Assembly (NCBI GenBank): GCA_002811645.1
Contig: PDIP01000163.1
Location: 1-41,139, forward strand
DNA length: 41,139 nucleotides
Reading direction: 5' to 3'
Source: Corallochytrium limacisporum Hawaii
Taxonomy: Eukaryota > Protista > Pluriformea
A program made the translations under genes and the position numbers. Below are positions 20,215 through 29,550 of this stretch, piece by piece. Position 1 is the stretch's first letter, and the number at the start of each line of letters is the position of its first letter. The notes under the pieces are model-generated. The model saw only the letters and a program-made list of their open reading frames with translations. It ran no database searches and was not told the DNA's origin.

Positions 20215-21765
20215 TCACAAGCGCTTGGACTTCCCTGGACTCTTCGTTGTGTCGCCGTCATTTGTGGACCAAGACCTAGCGGCGTCATCGATTACCAACA
20301 GCGTCGTAATCAAATGCACCATTCCGAAGTATATGAAGCACACGGAATAAAGTAGAACTGTCCACAGATCAGGCAGTCTCTCTGGACTTGGAGCCACTAC
20401 ATGTACGAATGCAAGTAGCAGCATGACTGCAAGATCAATGTAGTGGGTCCATCTCCTTCGGAAACTTGTAGTCAACATGGTCCATACGATACCGAGAGCG
20501 AGCCAAGCAGTAGCAGACCCCTCATACTTAAGCAAGGGAAACATGCTTAGATGTGCAATGGTGGCATACTGGACGAGTAACGCATGCTGGTTCTGCTCAA
20601 ATGTGAGAAGGAGAATGGTGGGCAGCACGACAAAGGCAATGTTCTTCTCGTGGACCTGGAAGCCAAATAGGTAAAACTGCGACGACACAATGAAAAGGCA
20701 CAAGAGGAAGTACTTCTTCCTTGGTTTCAGCACTAGCAAAGCTGTCATTGGGAGAGCCAATGCAGCCACAGAAAGAGTACTCAACCTCGCCAACAACGTA
20801 CGCTCAAACGTTTCTCGCCATTTGATCAGCACGTTCGTGGTGCTCCAGAAGTTGGCCACTTTATCCTCAAACAACCCTCTGTGGAAAGGAAACATGCGTT
20901 CTATGACGGCCGTCATTCCATCTACTCCCCCCACGAACCAAATTGGTGACCAGATCACTGCAAACGTGAAAATAACTCCAAAGGCTAACTGCAGGAAGAC
21001 AGGCCAGCGTACAGTTAGGCTTGCATAATCTATACTGGAGCCTAATCCGTATCCAAAGATCGGAAGTGCATAGTACAGTGACATGTGTTTGAAATTCAAA
21101 GCACATGAGTACATGACTGCACCCAGAAACCACTTTTCGGTTAGGAAGAGTGCGACGGCCCAAATGACTAACCCAAAGGCCATTCCATTGTACTGAAAGT
21201 GAAGGTGATCAATGTCTATGAAAACAGGAGATAGCAGCAACATTGCATTAGTCATCAGCTTCCAACGATTATTTGTTTCTGTCTTTGTCCTGCTGCTAAT
21301 CTGATATGCTTCTGAATACTCCAGTGCAATCGAAAACGCGTGGCATCCTGGAACAAGAACAAGCAAGTCTGTGATCAACGCCGAAATCCTCATGAACGCG
21401 CGCGCACCGTCAGTTTCCATCCCCCGCGAGGAGTGAAGTTCTACGAGCTCTGGGAACGTAAACTTAGCTATGTTACCAAATAGCCAAGCATGATACGCTG
21501 ACAATGGGGGATAGTCAATCCCCCAATAGGACAGATCGTTGTCCTGTGTCTGCACATACCAGTCCTTAAGTGGCAGATTGGAAGTGATCTCCATCCAATG
21601 TCGCTGAGCTTCAAAGTCTCCATATTTTGGAGGTTCTTGGTACCCTGAATGAGGCCATGTGCCTGCAATGGCCTTGATCAAGAAAGAAAACGCGAGAATC
21701 GTTCCATAATCGATGTACTTGTCCCAAAGGGAGTTCCAAGTACTGTCTGATCGCTTGATGATCAT
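20215..21765 (-). CDS. ALG6: Dolichyl-P-Glc:Man9GlcNAc2-PP-Dol alpha-1,3-glucosyltransferase
   Basis: PPKYGDFEAQRHWMEIT, YWGIDYPPLSAYH, IDHLHFQYN, LNFKHMSLYYA, RMFPFHRGLFEDKVANFW, FQVHEK; first ATG at 21765. Confidence 0.95.
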   Translation of the reverse strand: MIIKRSDSTWNSLWDKYIDYGTILAFSFLIKAIAGTWPHSGYQEPPKYGDFEAQRHWMEITSNLPLKDWYVQTQDNDLSYWGIDYPPLSAYHAWLFGNIAKFTFPELVELHSSRGMETDGARAFMRISALITDLLVLVPGCHAFSIALEYSEAYQISSRTKTETNNRWKLMTNAMLLLSPVFIDIDHLHFQYNGMAFGLVIWAVALFLTEKWFLGAVMYSCALNFKHMSLYYALPIFGYGLGSSIDYASLTVRWPVFLQLAFGVIFTFAVIWSPIWFVGGVDGMTAVIERMFPFHRGLFEDKVANFWSTTNVLIKWRETFERTLLARLSTLSVAALALPMTALLVLKPRKKYFLLCLFIVSSQFYLFGFQVHEKNIAFVVLPTILLLTFEQNQHALLVQYATIAHLSMFPLLKYEGSATAWLALGIVWTMLTTSFRRRWTHYIDLAVMLLLAFVHVVAPSPERLPDLWTVLLYSVCFIYFGMVHLITTLLVIDDAARSWSTNDGDTTKSPGKSKRL

Positions 21766-22190
21766 CTTGAGCTTCCATGTCAAGTCAGCTTCTCTTCAAG
21801 CATAGAAGAAGCCGAGAGAGCTATGACTTACGCATGTTATTATTAAAACAAGAACGTTATCTCTTAAAGGGACATTCTGCTCTTGTTGATACTGACAGGC
21901 CAAGGATAAGTCTTTAAGTACGCTTAATCTCCAGAAGAAAGTCCGCGCCAGAGTCTACCCTCCTTGTGAGACTCGACGAAACCAACTATTCCCTTTCCCT
22001 CTCCTCCCGAAATTGGACTCCCGATTACTATGTTAATAGTGCGTGGCAGAAGAGAGCCGGGTGGGCCTCAGTCGGGTTTGTTTAGGGAGCAAACCATAAC
22101 AAAGAGCTGTGGCTGACAGCTACGTATGCTGAACGGTTTCTGCAAGGATGGACAGCTACTTCAATTCAAAACATTCGTCGATTTCAGAAA

Positions 22191-22239
22191 GTAAGATTGT
22201 TTAAAATAACTTTGGGAACAGTTTTAAATTTTCCTGTAG
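22191..22239 (+). other. Putative 49-nt 5'UTR intron of EMC3
   Basis: GTAAGA ... AATAAC ... TTTTCCTGTAG|G ATG. Confidence 0.55.
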
Positions 22240-22240
22240 G

Positions 22241-22975
22241 ATGAAAGAGGATATTGTTTTGGACCCGGCCATCCGGGATTGGGTTTTAATTCCCATTGTG
22301 CTCATTACCACTGGAATGGGTATTCTTCGCCATTACCTCGGTCTTCTAACTGGTGCTGGTGGTGCACCTCCTAACCCTATGGCAGACATGATTGAACAAG
22401 GCGATAAGCAGGCACTTGCGAGTAGTCAACTAGTGCGTAATTTTGGCCCACTCATTAGCGAGAAGGGCTTCCAAGGTCGTGTCAAGTACCTTAAGGCAGT
22501 GCTGGGACGGGACCGTGGTGAGGCTGCAAACCCTATGCAGGACCCATCTGCTATGATGAACATGATGAAGGGGCAAATGTCCTTCATGGTTACCCAGTTG
22601 GTCGTTGGTGGTGTGATCAACAGCTTCTTTGCGGGATTCTTGACCACTCAGCTACCCTTCGCGTTAACTTACAAGTTCAAGACCATGTTCCAACGAGGCA
22701 TTGCTCTGGAAACACTGGATTCCAGCTGGGTATCTTCTTTATCATGGTACGTGCTGGTCTTGTTTGGGGTTAGAGGCATGTACACAATCATTTTGGGAAG
22801 CGAAAACACCGCCGACGACACCAAGCAGATGCAGCAGATGCAACAGGGAGGTGGGAATCAGGACCCCACCAAGGCCATCAAGGCTGAAGTAGAAAATCTG
22901 GCCCTTGCGGAGTACAGTTGCGGCCTTGAACGAGTGGAGCAGGAACTCTTGGACCAGTACAAGAAGTCAGCATAA
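22241..22975 (+). CDS. EMC3: ER membrane protein complex subunit 3
   Basis: LDPAIRDWVLIPI, GILRHY, FFAGF...LPFALT.KFKTMFQRGI, LDSSWVSSLSWY. Confidence 0.95.
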   Translation: MKEDIVLDPAIRDWVLIPIVLITTGMGILRHYLGLLTGAGGAPPNPMADMIEQGDKQALASSQLVRNFGPLISEKGFQGRVKYLKAVLGRDRGEAANPMQDPSAMMNMMKGQMSFMVTQLVVGGVINSFFAGFLTTQLPFALTYKFKTMFQRGIALETLDSSWVSSLSWYVLVLFGVRGMYTIILGSENTADDTKQMQQMQQGGGNQDPTKAIKAEVENLALAEYSCGLERVEQELLDQYKKSA

Positions 22976-23139
22976 AGCACATATTGTATAAATCAATCTC
23001 ATTGCAAATAAATGTAACTGTACACAAATTGTGAAACATCATGGGCTCTCGGCTTTGCGTTACCGTAAGTAATTCTTTAAATGACATCTTTATGATGCGC
23101 ATGATGAAGGCGATAGTGAGGAAATTCGGATCACGGTGC

Positions 23140-23572
23140 GCTTTCCCACTGTGCACCAACTCCATATTACGCAGACGTACACCGCCACCCATGAAGTGAC
23201 TCTTGATTTGTTGTGAGGTGTCTCCAGTTGGCTTCCACGTTGCGCATTCGAGCTCAGTGTACCGGATGCAGTAGGAACGTGGCAAAAGCCGTATGAAAAT
23301 AATTCAAATCTCCCATACGAGTCCAAATGCCAAACTTTGCAATAGAATCTGGGCCATCCCTGAATATCGCTCGTCGCGTAGTGGACATCAATTGGATGTC
23401 CAAACTTTGCGATCTCTCCATCAGCAGGCACGTCGGTGTGACTTTGGCCCTCCTCGTCTCCTTCCAGCTTTCTCTAACCTTGCCCTGCAGTAATGCCCTA
23501 CTTGACAAACATATTAGAATCTGGGAAACCGACACCGTCTACAATCTCGCCAATAATGTGAAGCTCAGCCAT
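23140..23572 (-). pseudogene. B9D2: B9 domain protein 2 (ciliary transition zone, MKS module), disrupted
   Basis: MAELHIIGEIVDGVGFPDSNMFVK*GITAGQG*RKLEGDEEGQSHTDVP..HPIDVHYAT..QGWPR..VWHLDSYGR..YGFCHVP..GT/ELECATWKP..FMGGG. TAG at 23498-23500 and 23474-23476, a 1-nt deletion at about 23257, and homology lost after VHSGK. Confidence 0.9.
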
Positions 23573-25079
23573 GATTGTTGTCCAGGAGGCGGCCGTTCCT
23601 TGCCTACCTTGCTCTCTGCTACTTTTGTCCAATATTTCGGAACATTTCTCCGCTAGTGGACCAAGAGATAAGATTGAAAAAGCATTCCATATCTGAAATA
23701 CTCTTGGCTTCACTTTTATTGACCAAGAAAGCCCTTGTGATGTGGATGCCGTGAGTTCACTTTACACAGCCTGTCTTAGGTCCCCAGAAGCCCCCGTCCC
23801 TGGGGGAAGGGGGGGAGGGCGGTAGGACCGGCGACGACCGCCGGGGAGAACTGAATCAACCGCCCGGCCACCTTTGTCTCCTCTCTCTGTAAATGGGCCA
23901 GCCATGAGCCAATAGTTGAATCCCTTGGCCCTAACTTCGGGTCAACACCCAGAGCAGGAGCTTCAATCTTGCGGAGTACGATGTTGCCAGTCATCGACCG
24001 CCAGCACCAGGGAACTAGTCAGTGCTGCATGTTCGTTTGTACGCTACTGCTGCGCGATGCGTTCGGAAAGTCTTCCCCTGCCTACCGGTCTTGGCCATGT
24101 TCCTTTTGCTTACGGCCACTCCAGCGCGCCAGCAGCGAGGTCGCTTATGCGCACAACGACGAGAAGGGCGACGACGGGGTAACGCGAGGCGGATAAAGTA
24201 AATAATGGCTCACAACCGCCGGGCGAGAGAAAGGCCACTGGGCAAAAAAACTGCTTTCTCTTTTTCTTTTTTTTTTTGATTCACCCGGGGGCCGATGTGC
24301 GGGAAAATTTAGAGCAGTAACCCCCCCCCCCCCCTTCTTCGCTTTTGGTCTCCTCTTCGGCACAACCTCCCGTCTCTGTCCCACTGCACATCTGGCCCAG
24401 GTCCTTTACGCGCCCAAACGGTCCGAGGAGGGGGGGGTTAAGCCGTTCGGACTCTCCGTTTGCGCCCGCCGCCCCCCCCCTTTCGGAGTGCAGGTGCACA
24501 GTGGGGAACGGAACAAGGAGCCACTGTCTTCACACACGGAGAACCAGGAACAGCAAATGGAAGCGTCGAGGTTGGATTGCGATCCGGTTTCTGGTACTTA
24601 GAGACCAAGACAAGCCCAAGATCATACCAATACATCACCTGGTACGTTTCACAACTGTTGACTCTCGGAACAACCTGTTTCGCGTGGTGATTGGATCTGC
24701 CAAGACTGTCACAAACCACTCTACGGTACCCTAACTTGTCACATTTTCAAAGAAAACGATCTAACTATGTCAACTTTACTTTATATGGCGCAAATGTTTC
24801 TTTTCGGAAACCCAGACAATGACCAGGAGAATACTGCTTCCGACAACGTCAGGTTACTCGTGTATAAAATCATTCGGTATCTGCAAGATACGATGTGTCA
24901 GTAAGCCAACACGGCTTTGTCAGAAAATTGCATAGAAGTCACAGGTTTTGTTAACCACAGAAATAAAGTCCTTCACCTTTTTCGCATGTGTTTGTAACTA
25001 AGTACGCTGTACCGTAGGTCCTGTATTCGCCCTGCAGTCCCTCAATGAACGTTGTTGTGTGTGAAACTATCTTCAAACT

Positions 25080-27641
25080 CTACCTTCCAGGCTGATAACC
25101 ACCCTGGGGGGGAGGCTGATATCCTCCCTGGGGTGGAGGACGGTATCCACCTTGGCCCTGAGACTGGTAGGGTGGGTAACCTCCCTGAGGCGCGTAGCCT
25201 TGGGGCGGCGCTTGCTGTTGATAGCCGCCCTGAGGCGGCTGACCGTAGTAGGCGCCCTGAGGCTGCTGCTGGTACTGTGGGTATGCCTGTTGAGGCTGGC
25301 TGTAGGATTGCTGCGGCTGACCGTAAGGCTGAGACGGCTGACCGTAGGGCTGGGCCGGCTGTCCGTAACCGCTCGGGGCCTGTGACGGTGGAGGAGCCTG
25401 TTGCTGTGATCGGTAACCACTAGGAGGCTGCGAAGGCGGAGGGGCTTGTTGCTGAGACCGATAGCCACTGGATGGTGGTGGAGGCCGCGCAGGAGGAGCG
25501 GCAGCTGCGGCGCTACGTTCCCGGCGCTGTTCAAGCATCTTCTCCATGTCTTCCTTCTCCGTCTTACGTGCAAAGGCGTAATCGCTGCACTTAGACTTGT
25601 GTTTGGCCAGCACACCCGCGAGGTCATTGTAAAACTTGAGCCCTTCTTTCAGGTGGCCCCGGACGGTTGCCCAGGCGGTGTAACCCTGGAACAGGTCGTT
25701 CAGGAAGGCTTCGCGCTTGGCATCAGCAGCATCAGCTTGGTGAGCATTCTGGAAGTCCGAGTTGGCGTTCTGAAGCTGCTGCAACATCTCACTTTCCTCC
25801 TGGATATTCTTCTCAATACGGCCCTTGACATCGTCATACTTCTTAAGTTCCTCCTCAATCACAGCCTCTTCGTTGCCCTTGGACTTGAGGAGCTGGGGGG
25901 CAACATCATCAGTCTCGACAATCTCTTCCATCTCGCGGAGCAGTTGCTCTCGCTGCTCACGCTGGTCATTCATGGAGGCCAGAAGGGCGCAGATGCGATC
26001 GATGGCATTCTGGACGGGAGGTGAGATTGCTGCCTCCTTACCCGAAGGCACCAATTCCTCGAGACGATCTGTGGGCTGCTCCAGCTGCTCGACTTGTGGT
26101 CGGCACTTTTCCATCTTCTTAACCACTGTCTCATCTGCTTCTCGAGCCTTTTCAATGACGCCCTTGTACTGAATCAATCGTTCTTTTAGTTCCTTGGTAA
26201 TTTCACCACTATAGGGCCGCTTCCATTCGCTCATGTAGCGATCCCGACAGGCTTTGTCCTCCTGGTACTCGGCCTCTAAAATCTCCTCGCATTCCTCAAG
26301 GATGGCCAAAACAGCGCCGGAGGCCTGCTGCACCTTGTGGAGCTTGGTCTCTAGACCGGCATAGCCGTCCTTCTCAGTTACTTCGTCGGCCTGGGTGACA
26401 AGATCCGCAGGTAGACCCTTGACCTGCCTGACACTGTCTACCGAAGCCGGCAGTCCCATGCTCTCCATGGTGATGCGAACGAGCTCATACTGCTCGCTAG
26501 ACGCATCCTTGAGTCCCACAGTGACGCGGCGGCGCTTTTCGTCGTAAACGCTGACATTCTTGTTGACCCCGTAAGGCATTAACTTGGCAAACAAAGGTGG
26601 AACTTCCTCTGGAAGGTCAGCCCAGGGCGCGGCATCCGTGGGCTTGACTGTGGACGCCCGATCAATCTGACCCAACTTCTCAATCTCTGGAACAACGTCG
26701 TTATAGATTAGGTTGTTCTCCTTCTCCTGCTCTTTAAGGCGGGCCTCCAGTTTGCTTTTGAGCTGACTGACATCCATCTTGGAGTACTTCATAGCCTTCT
26801 CAGCAGCCTCCAGTTTAGCCATGGCTCTGCGTAGGTGACCCAGACCCTCCCCGTAGCTACCCTTCGCGGCCAGGTCCTCCGCAATTCGCATTGATGCATG
26901 ACACTCCATTTCATTCTCTTTCGCTTCGATTGTCTTGGGGTACGTCTTCTCCAAGTACTTTTTAAGCTCTTCCGTCGCAGAGTACTGACGGCCGGCATCG
27001 CGGTAGTACTCGGCGGCCTGACTGGCTAGCTTCGCCAAAGTTGCCGGTTTCATGCCACTCTCCGCTGCCTTCAGGTAGAAACACTCCTGTGCATAACCCA
27101 GAGCCAATGTGCTAAAGAATTCCAGCACCCCGGCGTGGAAATCACTCAGAGGAGGAGCACCGAGCGCCTTGGCAAGGTCATCCTTCACCAACTCATAGGC
27201 ACCTGCCGCCTTCTGATAAAATTGAGCCGCCAGTTTTACGTCACTCGATACGTGGGTGTGCGCAACGTTAGCGTACAGAGCACCAATGTTATACATCACA
27301 GAGGCCTTCTCGTACTGTATACTTGAACTCTCGTGGGAGTGCTTCCGCTTCAGAGAGTCCGTCCAGTCAAATTTACACTGAGCACCACCCGGTCCAATGG
27401 GTAGACGAGTAGTGATCTGGCAAATTTGTGCGTAGTAAGTCCTGAGGCAGCCAATGCCACTCTTGTGCATCTCTGGGGTCACAATGGTGCGGCGCAGCCC
27501 CTCAATGGAATTGTAGTCATCCTTGAAATCATCACTTCCCACTGCATACTGAGCCGCGATGAAATTCTGAATAGCCTTGCCGATTCCCACGTGCTCTGTG
27601 GTCTTTAATGGAAACTCAAGTTGGCCGTTGTTGGCGGCCAT
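25080..27641 (-). CDS. PDCD6IP: ALIX/Bro1 family ESCRT adaptor (BRO1 + V domain + Pro-rich tail)
   Basis: PLKTT, YYAQ, FDWTDS, YEKASVMYNIGAL, QKAAG, AQEC, ENNLIY, EGLKFYNDL, AR..E, followed by a P/Q/Y/G-rich tail. Confidence 0.93.
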   Translation of the reverse strand: MAANNGQLEFPLKTTEHVGIGKAIQNFIAAQYAVGSDDFKDDYNSIEGLRRTIVTPEMHKSGIGCLRTYYAQICQITTRLPIGPGGAQCKFDWTDSLKRKHSHESSSIQYEKASVMYNIGALYANVAHTHVSSDVKLAAQFYQKAAGAYELVKDDLAKALGAPPLSDFHAGVLEFFSTLALGYAQECFYLKAAESGMKPATLAKLASQAAEYYRDAGRQYSATEELKKYLEKTYPKTIEAKENEMECHASMRIAEDLAAKGSYGEGLGHLRRAMAKLEAAEKAMKYSKMDVSQLKSKLEARLKEQEKENNLIYNDVVPEIEKLGQIDRASTVKPTDAAPWADLPEEVPPLFAKLMPYGVNKNVSVYDEKRRRVTVGLKDASSEQYELVRITMESMGLPASVDSVRQVKGLPADLVTQADEVTEKDGYAGLETKLHKVQQASGAVLAILEECEEILEAEYQEDKACRDRYMSEWKRPYSGEITKELKERLIQYKGVIEKAREADETVVKKMEKCRPQVEQLEQPTDRLEELVPSGKEAAISPPVQNAIDRICALLASMNDQREQREQLLREMEEIVETDDVAPQLLKSKGNEEAVIEEELKKYDDVKGRIEKNIQEESEMLQQLQNANSDFQNAHQADAADAKREAFLNDLFQGYTAWATVRGHLKEGLKFYNDLAGVLAKHKSKCSDYAFARKTEKEDMEKMLEQRRERSAAAAAPPARPPPPSSGYRSQQQAPPPSQPPSGYRSQQQAPPPSQAPSGYGQPAQPYGQPSQPYGQPQQSYSQPQQAYPQYQQQPQGAYYGQPPQGGYQQQAPPQGYAPQGGYPPYQSQGQGGYRPPPQGGYQPPPQGGYQPGR
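25083..25490 (-). repeat. Low-complexity and tandemly duplicated Pro/Gln/Tyr-rich tail of ALIX
   Basis: Duplicated SGYRSQQQAPPPSQ (51-nt period), YGQPxQP units and PPPQGGY units. Confidence 0.75.
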
Positions 27642-28774
27642 GATTAGTGAAATTGAGCAAGCTCGTTCTCAACCAATTGGAAACCCCGCGTCCGGCCACC
27701 AGTAATCCTAAGCTTTATCAAATATACGTCTAATGCAAGCTCGCCCGTATTATACATAAAGATAGTGTATTCAGACCCTGATATCCCAAGTGGCTCACAG
27801 TGAAATAGCCCAACAGGAATCCGTTGCACCAAACTCGCCTCGTCACCTATATTACACACACTGTCCACAGGCCCCCACCGGACCCCCCTCCCCGCCCCCC
27901 TTCTCCTGTTTTGCCTTTTCTCAGACCAGGACGTTTGAGACCCGCCCGGCTCTCGTTGAAAACTCCGGAGCCAGTGGGCCCAGCTCTCCCCTCTACCGCC
28001 TCCCCGGCGCTCTCTCCCCGGGGCCCCTCGTTGGGTTGCACTCGTGGGCCGTGGAGATGAGGGCTTTTTGGTTTTCCTTTGCGCCGGGCTTATGTTTTGT
28101 TAATTAACTAACCCACTCACTCACCCCCCCCCTCCCCTCTTTTCCAACTCTCCATCAGCTATCGGTGTCTAGGTCCGTCTAATCACCCCGGTATGGTCGA
28201 GGTCGCCGGGTTATCTCCCTCTCACCGTTTGGTCACTATACGGACCGTGAAGCGCGCTGTGCTCAATTGGACTCCCCGGTCTATTGTTCCTGCTGCAATG
28301 ACAGCAACGGCTGGGATACCCGAGGGCTGCTCTAGTTTGAGCGTACATTTAATATGAAAGGTCCGAACAGGCGGATCCAGGTAGACGTTGGTGGCTTTTT
28401 CCTTCCTTCTCCCCTTCAGTGAAAATATTTTTTTCCCTGCTTGTGAGCCCTATCTTTGCGATATAGACGAAAACGAAGGGGCAACCGAGCGGCCAAGAGC
28501 CGTAGAGCGAAGCCGTAAAGGCCAAGCTGTGCCCCTCCCACCAAAGCACAAACAGCCTCTGGAATGACTGGCAAGATTCACACACCTCATCCAAGCGAGG
28601 TAGAAATCCTGAAGAAAAAATTTGAGGCCCCGATAGCTACGAAACCGAGTTTTTTTCCCAGTCCTTGTCTTCTTGGTGATATTTCTTGGTTTGGGAATTT
28701 AGGCCCGAAGGGAATTTCTTCAAGGGAGAGAGAAGCGCGGAAACGGTGACGATAGACAAATCACCAAAGACAAA

Positions 28775-28846
28775 ACACGCGCACACACACTCTCACTCAC
28801 ACAGTCACTGTCTCTCTCGCTCTTTCTCTCTGTCTCTCTCTCTCTC
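28775..28846. repeat. Compound (CA)n/(CT)n microsatellite
   Basis: acacgcgcacacacactctcactcac...tctctctctctcc. Confidence 0.7.
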
Positions 28847-29038
28847 CACCATCCCAACCACCCTACCGACCTTCCTTTATTTCTTCCCCGTTTTTTTTCT
28901 CTCTCCCAAAAACCTGCGTCTCGCCAGGTTTTTCTACCCGGGCACCCCGACCCCCCTTTTTTTTTTTCGATCCGTCGTTCATTTGCCAAACAAACCCCCC
29001 CCCTTCTCCTCCTTCCTCCTTCCCACCGTACCGACCTG

Positions 29039-29056
29039 CCCCCCCGGGGGGGGGGG
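29039..29056. repeat. C-run/G-run palindrome
   Basis: C7-G11, about 500 nt upstream of the kinase. Confidence 0.7.
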
Positions 29057-29550
29057 CCAACTCACCCTTCTCGCCCGAGGCTCTGCACATCCGGAGTTGG
29101 TTTGAAATAGAGGAAGGCTTCGGTACACTGTACCGGGAGGTCTGCTTATGGAGGTTGGTGATTGGTGGAAAAAGCCTAAGCTGCGGAGGGGGTTGGTCGG
29201 GATCCGGGGGGGGCAGTATGTGTGGTTGGCGTCGATGGGTTTTGGGAGGGGGTAACAACCAAGCCTCGGTACCCGTACGGACGGAGTGACGATGAGCGGA
29301 GGACCCCAATGCAAGCAGCTCTACAATAATACGCCGAGCGAGCCATTGCATAGGATTGTATCTGCTACTTCAGTAGCCTTTTCGTTTCTAATTGGACCTG
29401 GCTGGTGGTGATGTAGAGCACAGTGCAAATTTTGCCAATTGCGACAGCGACAGCAGGCGGAACAACATGGTAACCATGACATAGGTCGTATTACGGGCGG
29501 CCAAGATCCACAAAGGGACTTGATACATTAATCAAACAGGACAGCAAACT

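Noticed and set aside
22878-23285. 135-aa minus-strand ORF overlapping the EMC3 3' end
   Set aside because: It is the frameshifted tail of the B9D2 pseudogene running on into non-homologous sequence, not a separate gene.
23474-23500. Alternative genetic code with UAG = Trp
   Set aside because: TAG terminates several intact genes in the window, and no intact conserved gene contains an in-frame TAG.
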